From contig NW_026781981.1 in the NCBI RefSeq assembly GCF_031769215.1, forward strand, positions 1,178,001 through 1,242,000: a stretch of DNA of 64,000 nucleotides, in the 5' to 3' direction. Positions 63,031 to 64,000 of the stretch are shown one piece after another; within the stretch, counting starts at the first letter, position 1, and each line of letters starts with the position of its first letter. The DNA is from Ylistrum balloti. Lineage: Eukaryota. Below the pieces are notes generated by a model. That model was not told the origin of the DNA. It made no database searches and saw only the letters and a program-made list of their open reading frames with translations. Both the position numbers and the translations under genes were made by a program.

Positions 63031-63160
63031 CTGGTCCCTGGATATAAGTTTACCGTCCAGTAAAGGATCACAGTCGTGGTACTCCGCGTAAATGACCAGT
63101 CCGGACAGGCACACCAGAGTGACCAAAATGATGGTGGCTGGTAAGCTCACGAAAAGGGCT
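63031..63160 (-). CDS. SLC5: SLC5 gene B exon 7
   Basis: atcatag|(R)ALFVSLPATIILVTLVCLSGLVIYAEYHDCDPLLDGKLISRDQ|gtaaat. Confidence 0.93.
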
Positions 63161-63420
63161 CTATGATACAAATTACAACCATATATATAATATATATTAG
63201 TATATTGTGATGTTGTTTCCAAATTTGTTTTTTCAAGATTTTAAGATTTTTGTCGTTTGACAAATAAATATATAAATTAAAATATATTTATATATATATA
63301 TATAACTTAAATATCATTATATGTCAATTTTATGTTGCGAATAATGTTTTTGTTTTCAAATAAATGGACTAAGTCAAAAAACAAAAATCTGGAACAGTTT
63401 CAAACTCTCATGAAAATCAA

Positions 63421-64000
63421 ATGTATACTTACATCTGCGCGTTTTTAACATTACTGATACCCGTATGTATACTTACATGTGCGCGTGTTTAACATTACTG
63501 ATACCCGTATGTACTTACATCTGCGCGTGTTTAACATTACTGATACCCGTATGTATACTTACATCTGCGCGTTTTTAACATAACTGATACCCGTATGTAT
63601 ACTTACATCTGCGCGTTTTTAACATTACTGATACCCGTATGTATACTTACATCTGCGCGTGTTTAACATTACTGATACCCGTATGTATACTTACACATGC
63701 GCGTTTTTAACATTAATGATACCCGTATGTATACTTACATCTGCACGTGTTTAACATTACTGATACCCGTATGTACTTACATCTGCGCGTTTTTAACATT
63801 ACTGATACCCGCATGTATACTTACATGTGCGCGTGTTTAACATTACTGATACCCGTATGTACTTACATCTGCGCGTTTTTAACATTACTGATACCCGTAT
63901 GTATACTTACATCTGCGCGGTTTTAACATTGCTGATACCCGTATGTATACTTACATCTGCGCGTTTTTAACATTGCTGATACCCGCATGTATACTTACAT
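63421..64000. repeat. 44-bp (42-bp variant) minisatellite in gene B intron 6, at least 14 units, runs off the window
   Basis: Consensus ATGTATACTTACATCTGCGCGT(T/G)TTTAACATTACTGATACCCGT. Unit starts at 63421, 63465, 63509, 63551, 63595, 63639, 63683, 63727, 63771, 63813, 63857, 63899, 63943 and 63987. Confidence 0.97.

Larger units (their letters stand above)
56846..63160 (-). other. SLC5: Gene model B (partial, exons 7-15): tandem SLC5A8/SLC5A5-like paralogue; 5' exons lie beyond 64000
   Basis: Exons of 130, 89, 125, 71, 87, 227, 101, 116 and 159 nt with the same intron positions and phases as gene A, forming a continuous ORF. Confidence 0.92.

Overview
AT-rich (roughly one-third GC by eye) eukaryotic DNA with spliceosomal GT-AG introns. 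It is an invertebrate animal, probably a bivalve mollusc (inference from composition and repeat style). Three protein-coding genes are supported. (1) The last two coding exons of a Prrx (Prx/Pmx) paired-class homeobox gene with a C-terminal OAR domain lie on the + strand at 2924-4317; its first exon appears to be upstream of the window. (2) A complete 15-exon SLC5 sodium:solute symporter of the SMCT/NIS/SMVT clade lies on the - strand (55047 to 43166, 690 aa; gene A). (3) Exons 7-15 of a tandem paralogue also lie on the - strand (63160 to 56846; gene B). About 36 kb between Prrx and gene A has no recognisable coding gene, only small CpG/GC islands, microsatellites, a 45-bp minisatellite and repeat relics. 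Most short ORFs in the supplied track are spurious. The standout observation is the Prrx stop codon, UGA-CUAG, the known leaky readthrough context. It is followed in frame by 53 sense codons (Gly/Gln/Asn/Tyr-rich, Gly encoded by all four GGN codons) before a UAA. This suggests programmed stop-codon readthrough giving an extended Prrx isoform, with a G-quadruplex-competent tract just 3' of the stop. Secondary highlights are the divergent sorting motifs in the two SLC5 tails and a 44-bp intronic satellite carrying a consensus 5' splice site in every unit.
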